Assembly: GCA_963728565.1 (NCBI GenBank)
Contig: CAVSLC010000003.1
Coordinates: forward strand, 1-64,000
Direction: 5' to 3'
Origin: an uncultured delta proteobacterium
GTDB lineage: Bacteria > Desulfobacterota > Binatia > UBA9968
DNA length: 64,000 nt
In this document: positions 49,949 through 60,743 of the stretch, piece after piece
Position numbering within the stretch: the stretch's first letter is position 1
Layout of the letters: every line of letters begins with the position of its first letter
Notes under the pieces: model-generated
Seen by the model: the letters and a program-made list of their open reading frames with translations, nothing else
Database searches by the model: none
Told to the model about the DNA's origin: nothing
Program-made: the position numbers and the translations under genes

Positions 49949-50755
49949 ATGAAATTCACCGCGGCTGCAATTCAGATGCTTGCCTCGGATGACAAAGCGG
50001 CGAATCTGGCGGAAGCGGCACGATGGATTCGTCAATCCGCCGCCGCCGGCGCCAAACTGGTTGCCCTGCCGGAAGTTTTCATTTGGCGCGGCGACAAAAG
50101 ACGCGAAGGCGCAGCCGCTGAGCCCATACCCGGACCTACCTCCACCGCAATGGCTGTACTTGCCCGAGAGCTTGGTGTCTATCTGCTGGCGGGATCCATC
50201 TTGGAAGAAATTCCCGGAAGCGCAAAAGCTTTCAACACCAGCCTGTTGTTCGATCCTTCCGGTGAACTAATCGCGAGTTACCGTAAAATTCACCTGTTCG
50301 ATGTCGATCTAGCGAACAAAGTTTCCGCGCGGGAGTCCGATACCCGAGCGCCCGGCGAGGCGGTAGTCATTGCCGAGACGGAGCTCTGCAAGATAGGGCT
50401 GAGCGTCTGTTACGATCTTCGATTCGCCGAGCTCTATCGCGAGCTTGCGCGCCGCCAGGCTGATCTGATCTTTGTTCCGTCGGCGTTTACTGCCTACACC
50501 GGAAGAGCGCACTGGGAACCGCTGCTGCGCGCGCGCGCCATCGAGAACCAAGTTTACGTCATAGCGCCGAATCAGTTCGGGAAGAATCCTCAGAGCTTCG
50601 AGACTTACGGTCATTCGATGATCGTTGATCCGTGGGGTGAGATTGTCGCCGTACTAGCTGATGGTCCGGGTTTCGTCATCGGCGAGATCGATCTCGATTA
50701 TCTCAATCGAGTGCGCCGCGAGCTGCCCTGTCTTGCACACCGGCGGCTGAGTTAG
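49949..50755 (+). CDS. Carbon-nitrogen hydrolase (Nit1/deaminated glutathione amidase-like)
   Basis: LPE, YRKIHLFDV, VCYDLRF, HWEPLLRARAIEN, GHSMIVDPWG. Confidence 0.92.
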   Translation: MKFTAAAIQMLASDDKAANLAEAARWIRQSAAAGAKLVALPEVFIWRGDKRREGAAAEPIPGPTSTAMAVLARELGVYLLAGSILEEIPGSAKAFNTSLLFDPSGELIASYRKIHLFDVDLANKVSARESDTRAPGEAVVIAETELCKIGLSVCYDLRFAELYRELARRQADLIFVPSAFTAYTGRAHWEPLLRARAIENQVYVIAPNQFGKNPQSFETYGHSMIVDPWGEIVAVLADGPGFVIGEIDLDYLNRVRRELPCLAHRRLS

Positions 50756-51023
50756 CGCTTTTTTCCCTTCTGCTAGAGTATTGATCAACCGCGAGGATCT
50801 CACTTGGAGTGGTGATCCATCGCCTTGGATTGCTTTTGCAATAAATTCACGACGTAAAAAGACCGAGAACAAGAAAGTGAAAGCTCTTTGCGCGGGACGG
50901 AGCCCGCGATCAGCTCACGACCAGAGAAGACGCCGAGTACCGTCGCCGAGGCTACAGAACTGATCGACTAACTGTTCACGCTGTCAGGCGAAGCCTGGCT
51001 CGCTATACGAATTGCCTGCATCT

Positions 51024-51689
51024 CTATTCGTGGCCGGTCATGCTATGAGGACTATCGACGGGTTTAGATTCAGGTGATCCCTTCTGGCGCAGAAAGATGC
51101 TCAGCAGCACCAGGACGCCAATCGAAAAAAACTCGCTTTGCCAATTTTGCAAGGATTCGAACCAAAACTGCGCGGTTCCCAAGTACTGCACGACCGTAAC
51201 CGCCTGTTCGCCGTGGGCTATTTGCTGCTGGCTATACTCTTTGGTACCGCCAAGCGCGTGCAACACGAATGTTACGACAAAGAGCAGAAACAACGCGATC
51301 GAGAGAGAGTTCTCATAAAGCTTGAGGACGAAGCCGCCTTTGCGCACTGGCCACGGCGCGTTTTTATTCCCCCTGGATTGACGCGGGTCTCGATCCACAG
51401 CCTCTTGCTTCTGAGGATCTTTGGATTCCGCAGATCCTTTCTGAAAAAGAAACGCTGTTAACAGAACATAAGCGAACATCTGCAGAAATTCGCTTTCCCA
51501 GTTCTCCATTGTGGCTTCAAGAAATGCCGGACCGCGCACATACTCGAAGTAGCTGACCGCCGGTTGGCCATGACCCGCTTGCTCATGGTTGTACTGCCGC
51601 TGACCCACCAGACTCAACCCCACCTGGAACACGAGAAACAAACCGAGCAACGTTATTGAAAGGCCATACTCGCGCAGTTTGTGTTTCAC
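51024..51689 (-). CDS. DUF6766-like membrane protein
   Basis: Internally duplicated ENWESEFLQ / QNWQSEFF and QKGSAESK / QKGSPESK; GGAGG RBS. Confidence 0.75.
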   Translation of the reverse strand: MKHKLREYGLSITLLGLFLVFQVGLSLVGQRQYNHEQAGHGQPAVSYFEYVRGPAFLEATMENWESEFLQMFAYVLLTAFLFQKGSAESKDPQKQEAVDRDPRQSRGNKNAPWPVRKGGFVLKLYENSLSIALFLLFVVTFVLHALGGTKEYSQQQIAHGEQAVTVVQYLGTAQFWFESLQNWQSEFFSIGVLVLLSIFLRQKGSPESKPVDSPHSMTGHE

Positions 51690-51876
51690 GGTGTCCTCCC
51701 GGTTGGTCGCTCTAGAATACCTCATATTCTATTTAGGTCGCGACGCCGTAACAAGCACAAGCCGGACTTATATAACTCGGCCGTTTTTCCGAGGTGAGCT
51801 GGTCAAGGTCCAGCGGTTTTCACTTTTAAGCACATTCATTGACTCGCCCTACGCCGATTCGTTGCCTATGTCAGGC

Positions 51877-51913
51877 TGCTCAGAAACTAAGCGGAGCGCC
51901 TACTCCTTGAGCA
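51877..51913 (+). promoter_or_regulatory. Pair of NtrC-like enhancer boxes
   Basis: TGCTCA-N5-TAAGCG and CGCCTA-N5-TGAGCA, 20 bp apart, about 95 bp upstream of a sigma54 promoter. Confidence 0.5.
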
Positions 51914-51982
51914 CGTTGCCCGGATCTTTTGCATCACGCTGATCGTCTCGACAGAATTTACCGGGCTGTTTCAAGCTGATGA

Positions 51983-52420
<438 letters not shown>

Positions 52421-52454
52421 AACGATCGAGTTTATCTCCGAGGAGGGAGACAAA

Positions 52455-54074
52455 ATGAAGAAGGTGAAAAAACTGTTTGCGTATGCGTCACTGAGCTTGG
52501 CCGTGGGAATTTTCCTTTCGACCTCGCTTTCGGCCCAAGAAAACCCGGCCTCGCCAGAGCCGGCTAAAATAGAAGTCCCGGCGACCAAGTCCATGGGTCC
52601 GGGCGTTGAAGCCGAGAAAGAAGATCCCGGCGCCGCGCCGGCGCAGTTTACTCAAGGGCTGCTGCAACAAATCGGCGGCGCTAAAGTCGCCATAGACACG
52701 ATGTGGGTGTTGATTGCCGGCATGCTGGTTTTTTTCATGAACCTCGGTTTTGCATCGGTGGAATCGGGTCTGTGCCGCGCCAAAAACGCGGTGACGATTC
52801 TGGCTAAGAACTTTGTTGTCTTCGCCGCTGCGTCAATAGCGTTTTTAGTTTTAGGCTGGGGACTCATGTTCGGCGACGGCAATCCTTTTTTCGGCACTCA
52901 GGGTTTGTGGTTTGTCGGCGGCGCCGACAACAGTCCGGCTATGGGGGATGCTTACAAGGGTGTCTATTCATCGATTAACTGGACCGGAGTCCCGTTGTGG
53001 AGCAAGTTCTTCTTTCAGCTAGTCTTTGCCGGGACTGCAGCGACGATTGTTTCCGGCGCGGTCGCGGAGCGGATCAAATTCGGATCCTTCTACATTTTCA
53101 GTTTTGCCATGGTCGCTCTTATCTATCCCATCGTGGGCCATTGGATATGGGGCGGAGGCTGGCTGGCGAAATTAGGTATGTTCGACTTTGCCGGGTCGAC
53201 AGTGGTTCACTCCGTGGGCGGATGGGCGGCCCTTTCGGGAGCGATGGTGCTGGGTCCGCGCATCGGTAAATACAGTAAAGAGGGCAAGGTGATGCCGATT
53301 CCAGGTCACAGTTTGGCGCTGGCAACCCTTGGTGTATTCGTTCTGTGGTTCGGCTGGTTTGGATTCAACCCTGGCAGCACGATGGCTGCCGATGCAGGAG
53401 CGATCGGGCGAATAGCAGTGGCTACCAATACTGCCGGCGCGGCCGCGGCGATCACAGCCTCGCTAACTGCATGGTGTCTTTTGGGCAAGCCTGATCTAAG
53501 CATGATTTTGAATGGCGCCTTAGCAGGATTGGTCGCAATTACCGCAGGCTGCGCGTTCGTCAGCATTCCTAGCTCGCTGATAATCGGGATCATCGCGGGT
53601 TTTCTCGTTGTCCTTTCCGTGCTTTTTTTCGACAAACTCAAAATTGACGATCCGGTCGGAGCGACGTCGGTACACTTGGTTTGCGGCGTGTTCGGCACGC
53701 TGTGCGTCGGGCTATTCGCGCAGGCCGAGTTTACACCCAACACCACAGGCAACGGTTTGTTCTTCGGCGGTGGCGCCGGACTCTTGATGGCGCAGCTTGC
53801 GGGCGTGGTGGGCGTCGGAGTTTTCGTTTTCGTGAGCTCGCTCATCGTCTGGAAGATTATCGAGGCAACTGTTGGCGTTCGAGTTTCGCCGGAAGAGGAG
53901 ATCGAAGGACTCGATGTCAATGAACATGGCAATGTCGCATATCCCGATTTTGTTACGGTGACCTCGAGAAGCAGCACGATGGTTGGGGGCACAACGGGCG
54001 CCTCAGGAGAAGCGGTGGCGCGCGAACACCGGCCGGCGGTTTCAGAGGGAGCCGCTTTAGAAGAGCTCGCGTGA
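52455..54074 (+). CDS. amtB: Ammonium transporter
   Basis: FFQLVFAGTAATIVSGAVAER, DFAGSTVVH, WFGWFGFNPGS, IDDPVGA..VH, EEIEGLD..EHG. Confidence 0.95.
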   Translation: MKKVKKLFAYASLSLAVGIFLSTSLSAQENPASPEPAKIEVPATKSMGPGVEAEKEDPGAAPAQFTQGLLQQIGGAKVAIDTMWVLIAGMLVFFMNLGFASVESGLCRAKNAVTILAKNFVVFAAASIAFLVLGWGLMFGDGNPFFGTQGLWFVGGADNSPAMGDAYKGVYSSINWTGVPLWSKFFFQLVFAGTAATIVSGAVAERIKFGSFYIFSFAMVALIYPIVGHWIWGGGWLAKLGMFDFAGSTVVHSVGGWAALSGAMVLGPRIGKYSKEGKVMPIPGHSLALATLGVFVLWFGWFGFNPGSTMAADAGAIGRIAVATNTAGAAAAITASLTAWCLLGKPDLSMILNGALAGLVAITAGCAFVSIPSSLIIGIIAGFLVVLSVLFFDKLKIDDPVGATSVHLVCGVFGTLCVGLFAQAEFTPNTTGNGLFFGGGAGLLMAQLAGVVGVGVFVFVSSLIVWKIIEATVGVRVSPEEEIEGLDVNEHGNVAYPDFVTVTSRSSTMVGGTTGASGEAVAREHRPAVSEGAALEELA

Positions 54075-55136
54075 GATTGACATCAGGATCTTTCCGAGCC
54101 CGGCTTGTTTTGCTGAAGTATCTAGAATCGAGAATCGATCAAGTAATTTTTCGCTGATGTGCGAATAGGTGCAGGTGAATTATCGAACACTGAAGTGAAC
54201 GGCTGACTGATTATTATCCCATAGGAAAAGCGGAAAGCGACGAGCCTTCTATCGGTCAAGTATCTCTTCCAGCGGTGACTTAGCGACAGAGGAGTGCGAG
54301 TGATTGTGAATTTAAAATGACTCGAACAGTTGGGTTTTTGGGAAATGGGTCTTGTGGATGTCTTTCAAAAGAGAAATCGACCTGCGCGCCGGCATTATCC
54401 AACTCTGCCAGCCTGATCCAGCGTTGGCGGGTTATTTCATGATGACCGTTTCGCCGAACCGTTCGAGATTTCCTGATCTCGAAGGAGCAATGCAATCGGA
54501 AACGAAAAGTGGCGATGACTGAGATCGGTGCCAGTGTCCGCGAATTGAATCGGGGATCTTTTCTCCACGGCCTGAATGCAGCAGCCAGAGCTATGTGCTC
54601 AAAGCCGCTACAGGAATGCCATGATCGATTCTGGCTCGGGATCAGAACTTTCCGCTGCTGGAACGCGGCCTTTTTCCACGATAGCGTGTTGATAGCTGGT
54701 AATTTGTCCTACATTGCCGGATCCGGCGTATCGGCGACTACATCGATTCTCTGACTCGACTGCGCTACTTCGGCCCGTAGGCGCTATATCCCGGACACGG
54801 CACAATATCCGCTGCCCCGCTGCAAGATGTCGATCATGCAATTGCCAATGCGCAGAAAAATATTAGCTGCGAGGAACGATGGAGGTCCGGAGATGTTTAC
54901 CAGAAGCAGGATGAGGATTGGGTCGAGTGACTACCTCCGGATACCAAGCTCACGCCTATTAAGAACGTCGGAATAGCTGGAGGCGGTGTCATGTATCACT
55001 TGCTAGGATGGGTGTCGGCCTCCATATGCAGGCAAATGCCTAGCAAATGATCATCGCTTTGAACAAACTGTGTGCAGGTTCAGTCAGAAGCGCAGAGCGC
55101 GGTTGATTCTCATTGACGTTAGTGGCGACAGGCCTA

Positions 55137-55152
55137 TGGCATTTTTATTGCT
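55137..55152 (+). promoter_or_regulatory. sigma54 -24/-12 promoter of the porin gene
   Basis: TGGCATTTTTATTGCT; NtrC-like TGCCTA-N5-TGATCA at 55037..55053. Confidence 0.7.
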
Positions 55153-55212
55153 CTGTTTTATTCCTCTGATTGAACAACTTACGTCCAAATATATGCCGAA
55201 CATAGGAGGCTC

Positions 55213-56433
55213 TTGATGAAGAAAGGTTTGCTCGGACTCGTTTTTATCGCAGCCATCGCTGCTTTTGAACTGCCCGCGGCACAGACGCAAGACAAACCGT
55301 TAGGGCCTGGCTGGTTGAGCTTGGATAACAGCGTCGGCTTGCTCGATAAAAATATCGCGCATGGCAAATCCGCTATAGAAGGCGCTTTGGGGATTGGCGT
55401 CAGCGGGTTTCTCGATAGCAGTTACCAGTGGAGCTCGAATCATCCGAAGAACCCGAGAAACATTTCCGGCAGATACTTCGATAAGGATTACAACAAACTT
55501 GTTTTCAATTACTTTCATGTGGCGGTGGAGAAACCTGAGAAAGATTGGGGCGTTGGTTTTCGCCTTTCGGGCGATTTCGGCCGCGGTGGCGAGCTTCTGA
55601 GAGAGGCTACATTGTGGGGTAAGAATTTTCACGATGAGCCTTCGGCTGAAGTGCGCGAAGCGTACCTGACAACGACAATTCCCATTGGCGAAGGCATCGG
55701 TGTCAAAGGCGGGCTTTTCGTTACCACGCTAGGGACTGAAATTCTTCCCAATCCAGGAGCCTACAACGACAATATTTCTAGGTCATTCCTCTTCAACTTC
55801 GCCATCCCCTTTCGCCATTTGGGCGTGCTCTTTAGCTACCCAATCTTGAAGACATTCTCAGTTAATGCCGGAGTAGTGACCGGGTGGGACAATCCTCGCG
55901 ATAATAATCGGCAACCCTCGTTTATGGCAGGCATTGGATTCAATCCGACGGACCAATTTGCCCTGGCCAGCAACTTTATCTATGGCCCGGAGCAAAGGAG
56001 TAACAATGGTGACCAGCGTTTCACGATGAGCCATGTAGCCACTTTGAAGCCTTTTGATCCTCTCGCTCTGATCCTCGAATATACTTACGGCAGAGAAGAA
56101 AATGCCTCCTTGGGTGGAACGAGGGACGCCGTATGGCAAGGCATCGCCGGGATCGCGTCCTACGGCTGGAGCGATCGCTTCTCGACGGCATTGAGAGGCG
56201 AGTTTTTCAACGACCGAGATGGCGCTCGCTTGGGGGGCAACTTTACCGCAACCCATGCTAACAACAGTATTGCGGAAGTTACCCTGACCGGTGCTTACAA
56301 ATTAACCAAAATGTTGCTCGGCCGAGTTGAAGTCCGTCAGGACTGGTCTGATGAAACGTTCTATAGGAAGGGCGCATCGTCAGCCGATAAAAATCAGACG
56401 ACCCTTGCCGGCCAACTGATATATACGTTCTAG
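55213..56433 (+). CDS. Outer-membrane beta-barrel porin (BBP2/DUF1597-like)
   Basis: Signal peptide, NDNISRSFLF..PFRHLG, GWDN, LRGEFFND, C-terminal YTF. Confidence 0.8.
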   Translation: MMKKGLLGLVFIAAIAAFELPAAQTQDKPLGPGWLSLDNSVGLLDKNIAHGKSAIEGALGIGVSGFLDSSYQWSSNHPKNPRNISGRYFDKDYNKLVFNYFHVAVEKPEKDWGVGFRLSGDFGRGGELLREATLWGKNFHDEPSAEVREAYLTTTIPIGEGIGVKGGLFVTTLGTEILPNPGAYNDNISRSFLFNFAIPFRHLGVLFSYPILKTFSVNAGVVTGWDNPRDNNRQPSFMAGIGFNPTDQFALASNFIYGPEQRSNNGDQRFTMSHVATLKPFDPLALILEYTYGREENASLGGTRDAVWQGIAGIASYGWSDRFSTALRGEFFNDRDGARLGGNFTATHANNSIAEVTLTGAYKLTKMLLGRVEVRQDWSDETFYRKGASSADKNQTTLAGQLIYTF

Positions 56434-56458
56434 GACGATTGCCTCCTCCTAGGGCGGG

Positions 56459-56495
56459 ACGGGGAACGGCGTTATGCTGTTCCCCGTTTTTTTTT
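56459..56495 (+). terminator. Intrinsic terminator after the porin gene
   Basis: ACGGGGAACGGC-GTTAT-GCTGTTCCCCGT followed by a T-run. Confidence 0.88.
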
Positions 56496-56808
56496 GCCGC
56501 CTTAAAAGTCCAAGGACTACGCCCTTCGCCAGCCTTGCAGGTTGGCTGTGTGAATTGGTTGACATGCAGCATTCCAGCGCTAGCGCTGTAGATCGGTGCA
56601 ATGCGCGCAGATTTCTCCCGCCATTCTACATTCACTAGAGCGACCGGGCGGTTACTTAGGTATTGTTTTCAACAGAAGAAGTTGCAAGTGTGTTGGAGCG
56701 ATCTCCCACTTATTGATCATCAGGCCGTGATTGGAATATCGCGGCTGCGAATTGATTGGCAATACGCTGGTAAGATCGAGCTAGACCAGGGATCGGGTTT
56801 AAGAAAAG

Positions 56809-57240
56809 ATGATGTCATCGAAGACAATAATTCCAGCGGTTGTTGTCGCGATCTTTGCCGGATCTCTCATCTGGTGGGCGGTGTTGAAAAATCCCCGGCG
56901 AGAAAATCCCCGGTCCGAGGAGTCTCTCAACAGACTAGCTGCCGAAATTAATCGCAGAGTGCCGGTCATGATCGATAAAGAGACCGAGTTGCTACCGGCA
57001 GTTGGCGCAGAGGGATTGTTGACCTATAACTATCGTTTGGTGAGTTATTCGGTTACTCAGTTTGATGCCACCAGATTCGCTGTGGGAGCAAAAGAAAGAG
57101 TCACTCAAGGGGCATGCAATCGTCCAGAGACGCGAGATGATTTACTAAAAAATGGCGTGACGCTGCGTTATTCTTATTATGACAAAGACAAGCAACACAT
57201 CGCGACCATCGACATATCCTCGGCAGACTGCGGATTGTAA
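56809..57240 (+). CDS. Membrane-anchored protein, PA3611/AspS-pilotin-like
   Basis: N-terminal TM; INRRVPVMIDKET..YNY..C..GVTLRYSYYD..ADC pattern. Confidence 0.55.
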   Translation: MMSSKTIIPAVVVAIFAGSLIWWAVLKNPRRENPRSEESLNRLAAEINRRVPVMIDKETELLPAVGAEGLLTYNYRLVSYSVTQFDATRFAVGAKERVTQGACNRPETRDDLLKNGVTLRYSYYDKDKQHIATIDISSADCGL

Positions 57241-57594
57241 CCTGCACCAAGCCTAAGTCCATGAGGCTGATCCGCGGTCAGTATCGTTCGAGGCGATGAT
57301 GCTGAAACGTATGCTGATAATTTTTCTGAAGTTTAGCCACACGGACGGCCGGTGAATTTAGCTTCTGTGAAGTCTCTATAGATGATGAATGTTTTTTTGC
57401 GCCAGGATTCCAGGCTGCCTACCGAGTGAACTTTGCTCCGACCGTCGTTTCCAATTCGGTGTAACGATACAGTCGATGGGCAGTAGCGAAAAAGCCGTCT
57501 ACCGATAGATTACGGAATTCATAAAGCAGCTCTCCTGGGCCGGATTAGAATTCGCAGCGCCCACTGACATCCAGAATGACATAGTCGTTGCAGG

Positions 57595-58627
57595 CTACTT
57601 CAGAATCTCTTTAGCCCGCGGAATAAGCGACTTGTCCAGGTTGAACACCTCATGGACATTGCGTTCCAGTTCAGCGCCATCGAGGGGATTGATGTCGAGC
57701 TTGGCTTTGGTCGCATCTGCCAGAAATTCCGGATCCTTCATGGTTTCCATAAAGGCGCGGCGCAGAATCTGCACCCGGTCTTTTGGCGTTCCAGGAGGCA
57801 GCACATACGGGCCGCGCCGTTGGGCCGACGCTGTGGACCAAAGCGATGATCAGTTTCTTTGCTTCCTCGGTCCTGGCGAAATCGATGGCCAAGGGCAGTT
57901 TCGGATGTTCTGCGTGCGGCTTGGCAATATTTTGTAATACGATCGTCACTTCGCCCGAACTAAGCTCCTTACTCCAGGTGGCTTTGAAGGATTCCCAGGA
58001 ATTGCAGATGCCGGTGATCTCGCCGCTGTTGAAGGCGAGTCGCACGTCGGCAGTTCCTTTATAGCCGCTGACCAGCTGCATCGGCAGGCCGATGGTCGCC
58101 GCCAAAACTTTTGGGATGTCATCTGTCGCCGAACCTGCGCCAACCCCGCCCAGCTTAACCGCGGTCTTGGAAGACAACCATTGTTCAATGGTCGTGATGC
58201 CCGTGCTCTTGGCCGCACCTAGCATGTAATTGTCTTGAGCCGGTACGCCGATAAATTGGAACTTGGTCGACTCGAATTCGACTCCCGGCTTACCCAAAAG
58301 CTGCTGCAAGAAAAGACCCCCGATAAAATGACCGATGGTCAGTCCATCGGGCTTTGCCACGTTGTACATGTGGTTGGCAGAAATCAGAAATCCGGCTCCT
58401 GGCATGTTTTCCACGGCGAGGGTGGGATTGCCGGGGATGTGTTTGCCCATATGGCGCGCGAGAGTGCGGGAGTAAGTGTCGTAACCGCCCCCGGCAGAGG
58501 CTCCGACGATGATTCGTACCGTTTTGCCCTTGTAGAACGGATCCTGCGCGTGCGCGGGAGCATACGTAAAACTGGAATACGAAAGGGTTAGCAAACCCAT
58601 GATCAACATCATCGGCGTCCGGGCCAT
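57595..58627 (-). pseudogene. TctC/Bug family substrate-binding protein with a +1 frameshift at 57809-57811
   Basis: FYKGKTVRIIVG..GGGYD..RHMGKHIPGNP..NMPGAG. Removing one C from GCGCGGCCCGTAT restores ARPYVLPPGTPKDRV. Confidence 0.85.
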
Positions 58628-58655
58628 AAGACCTCCCCATTACCTCGAGTTGTCT

Positions 58656-59678
58656 TTACTGCAAGATCTCTTTCAATTGGGTAACCAGGTTGGCGTCCAT
58701 CTTGAACAGCGCGGTGACGATTTTCTCGATTTCCTCGCCGGTCAGCGGATCAGTGTCCAGCCTCGATTTTTTTGCGTCAGCGAGAAACTCCGGGTCGTTG
58801 AGAGTATCGACAAATGCTTTGCGCAGGAGCTGCACACGGTCTTTCGGTGTTCCCGGGCCGAGTGCGTAGGGTCTGGTTATCGCGGCAGGATCATGGCCGC
58901 CGTATTTCAGCAGCTGCTTGCTATTTTCGTTGGGAGCAAAATCGATGGCATTGGCAATGTTCGGCAACTCCGGATGGGGTTTGGGATTGACTTGCAGAAC
59001 CACGGAGACATTGCCCGAATCGAGTCCCTGACGCCAGATCGACTTGATTGATTCCCATTGCCAGCAACCGCCGGCGACTTCTCCAGCTTCGGCGGCAAGG
59101 CGAACTTCAGCCGTGCCTTTGTAACCGGCGACCAGCTGAATCGGCAGTTTCAGCGCAGCAATTAACAGCTTTGCGGTATTGTAAGTCGTATCTCCGGGTG
59201 CTACACCGCCGACTTTGACCGGCGTCTTGGCGTTTCTCAGCGCATCGACCGAGGTAATGCCGCTGGCTTTGGTAAACGCGCACGCAACATTGTCCTGCGT
59301 CGGAATACCGATGTACTCGAATTTACGAGCATCAAACTCTATGCCTGGCTTGCCGATGATCTGGTTGATCACTTGATTGCCGTGGAAATTTAGAATTGTC
59401 AGTCCGTCCGGCTTGGCGACCTTGTATACGTGATTAGCCGCCACCAGACTGGCGGCTCCCGTCATATTCTCGACTACAATCGAGGGATTGCCTGGTATAT
59501 GTCGGCCGATATGACGTCCAATCACACGGGAGTAGGTGTCGAAACCACCGCCAGCGGAAAAACCCACAATCAACCTAATCGTCTTGCCCTCATAATAAGG
59601 AGCCGCGGCGCCCGCCGGGACGGCCAATAGGAAGCTAAGTATAAGCGCTGAAAAACCCTTGCCCAGGGACTTGAACAT
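58656..59678 (-). CDS. TctC/Bug family tripartite tricarboxylate transporter substrate-binding protein
   Basis: YYEGKTIRLIVGFSAGGGFD, HIPGNP, AKPDGLT, GYKGTAEVRLA, PGTPKDRV. Confidence 0.9.
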   Translation of the reverse strand: MFKSLGKGFSALILSFLLAVPAGAAAPYYEGKTIRLIVGFSAGGGFDTYSRVIGRHIGRHIPGNPSIVVENMTGAASLVAANHVYKVAKPDGLTILNFHGNQVINQIIGKPGIEFDARKFEYIGIPTQDNVACAFTKASGITSVDALRNAKTPVKVGGVAPGDTTYNTAKLLIAALKLPIQLVAGYKGTAEVRLAAEAGEVAGGCWQWESIKSIWRQGLDSGNVSVVLQVNPKPHPELPNIANAIDFAPNENSKQLLKYGGHDPAAITRPYALGPGTPKDRVQLLRKAFVDTLNDPEFLADAKKSRLDTDPLTGEEIEKIVTALFKMDANLVTQLKEILQ

Positions 59679-59735
59679 AAACTCTCCTCTAGCGAGATTA
59701 TAGTCTGCGGGAATTATTATGTTTAAGCTGCGCTG

Positions 59736-60524
59736 TCAACGGTCGCGCAGCATCTCAGCCCGAAGCTCCGCCTCCCAAGCCCGGCTGCCACCGATTTGCC
59801 ATTGGCATTGTAAATCGTGGATCTGGTTGGGGTCGGTAAATTTGGTTATCTCATCGAGCGCGGTTTTTAGAACCGCTTCGTGGCGATCGCGATCATGCGG
59901 TGGACCGAAGGTTCGGCCTACCGGATGATCGACAAAGACAGCTCGCGGCGGAGTCACCTTGCTCATTATGTCTAGAGCGGTGCCGATCACCAGGGTTGGA
60001 ATGCCGCGCCCCTCGATAACATGGGCGATGAGACCGACGGTCTCATGGCAAAACGGTCAGTAGGGCACCAGCAAGGCGAGATCCACTGCCATCTTTTTTA
60101 AATCAGCTGCGATCTCGGGGGCCAGCTCGTCTTCGATTTCTTGTGGGCGGCGAATGCCGCCCATGAAAGAGAAATGAAACGGCGAAATTGCGCCGATGGT
60201 GCCGTGCTGTGCCAGAGAGGCAAGCGCGGTGCGTGGAAAAATAATTTCGGGATCCTGTTTGGGTACCCGGCCGATCCCAGAATGGTGATCGATAATAATC
60301 GCGCCGGCGTGATCAGCCGGAATGCGCCGATAGCTCAGGTCCTCGCGCGGCACAAAGGGCTCCTGATCTTCCAGCCGCAGGGCTGCGCTCGACAAAAGGG
60401 CAATCGTTGATTGATTGACCGGCTTGGTGATCGGCGACCAAGCTTGCTTCGATGGCGGGACTAGAACGCGCGGCGGCTTGGGCGCGCCGGCCTGAGCCAT
60501 GATGGGAAGATATTCGAACGACAT
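59736..60524 (-). CDS. Selenoprotein of the PrdB/GrdB (proline/glycine reductase B) family, 262 aa, Sec at TGA 60057-60059
   Basis: An in-frame TGA joins two ORFs: DLALLVPY-U-PFCHETVGLIAHVIEGRGIPT..VTPPRAVFVDHPVGRTFG. The N-terminal half has IALLSSAA, DLSYRRIP, DPEIIFP and HFSFMG. Confidence 0.85.
60028..60046 (-). promoter_or_regulatory. Putative bacterial SECIS element
   Basis: ATGAGACC-GTC-GGTCTCAT, a perfect 8-bp stem starting 11 nt after the UGA, with GU in the apical loop. Confidence 0.75.
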
Positions 60525-60743
60525 ATTCTATCTATCCTTCCGTTCGGAGGATTATTCCCTGCGTGATCGTCTTCAACTCTTCGGACGCAGCAAACAAAGA
60601 TACAATGACACCCATCACAATCACATTCAGATTTGAGACAGCCGTGCGCTGCATGTCTCACATCGTATACAAGTCAGTCTCGGCCGGCTCTTGGCGAAGC
60701 TGGCCTTGCTCTTGCGTTGTACTCCGGCAAGGAGGAACAAACA

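Noticed and set aside
57290-57340. Fluoride riboswitch-like start (GGCGATGATG...GCTGATAA)
   Set aside because: Lacks the pairing and the downstream TGAC-x-CCTAC-like segment, and no crcB-type gene follows.
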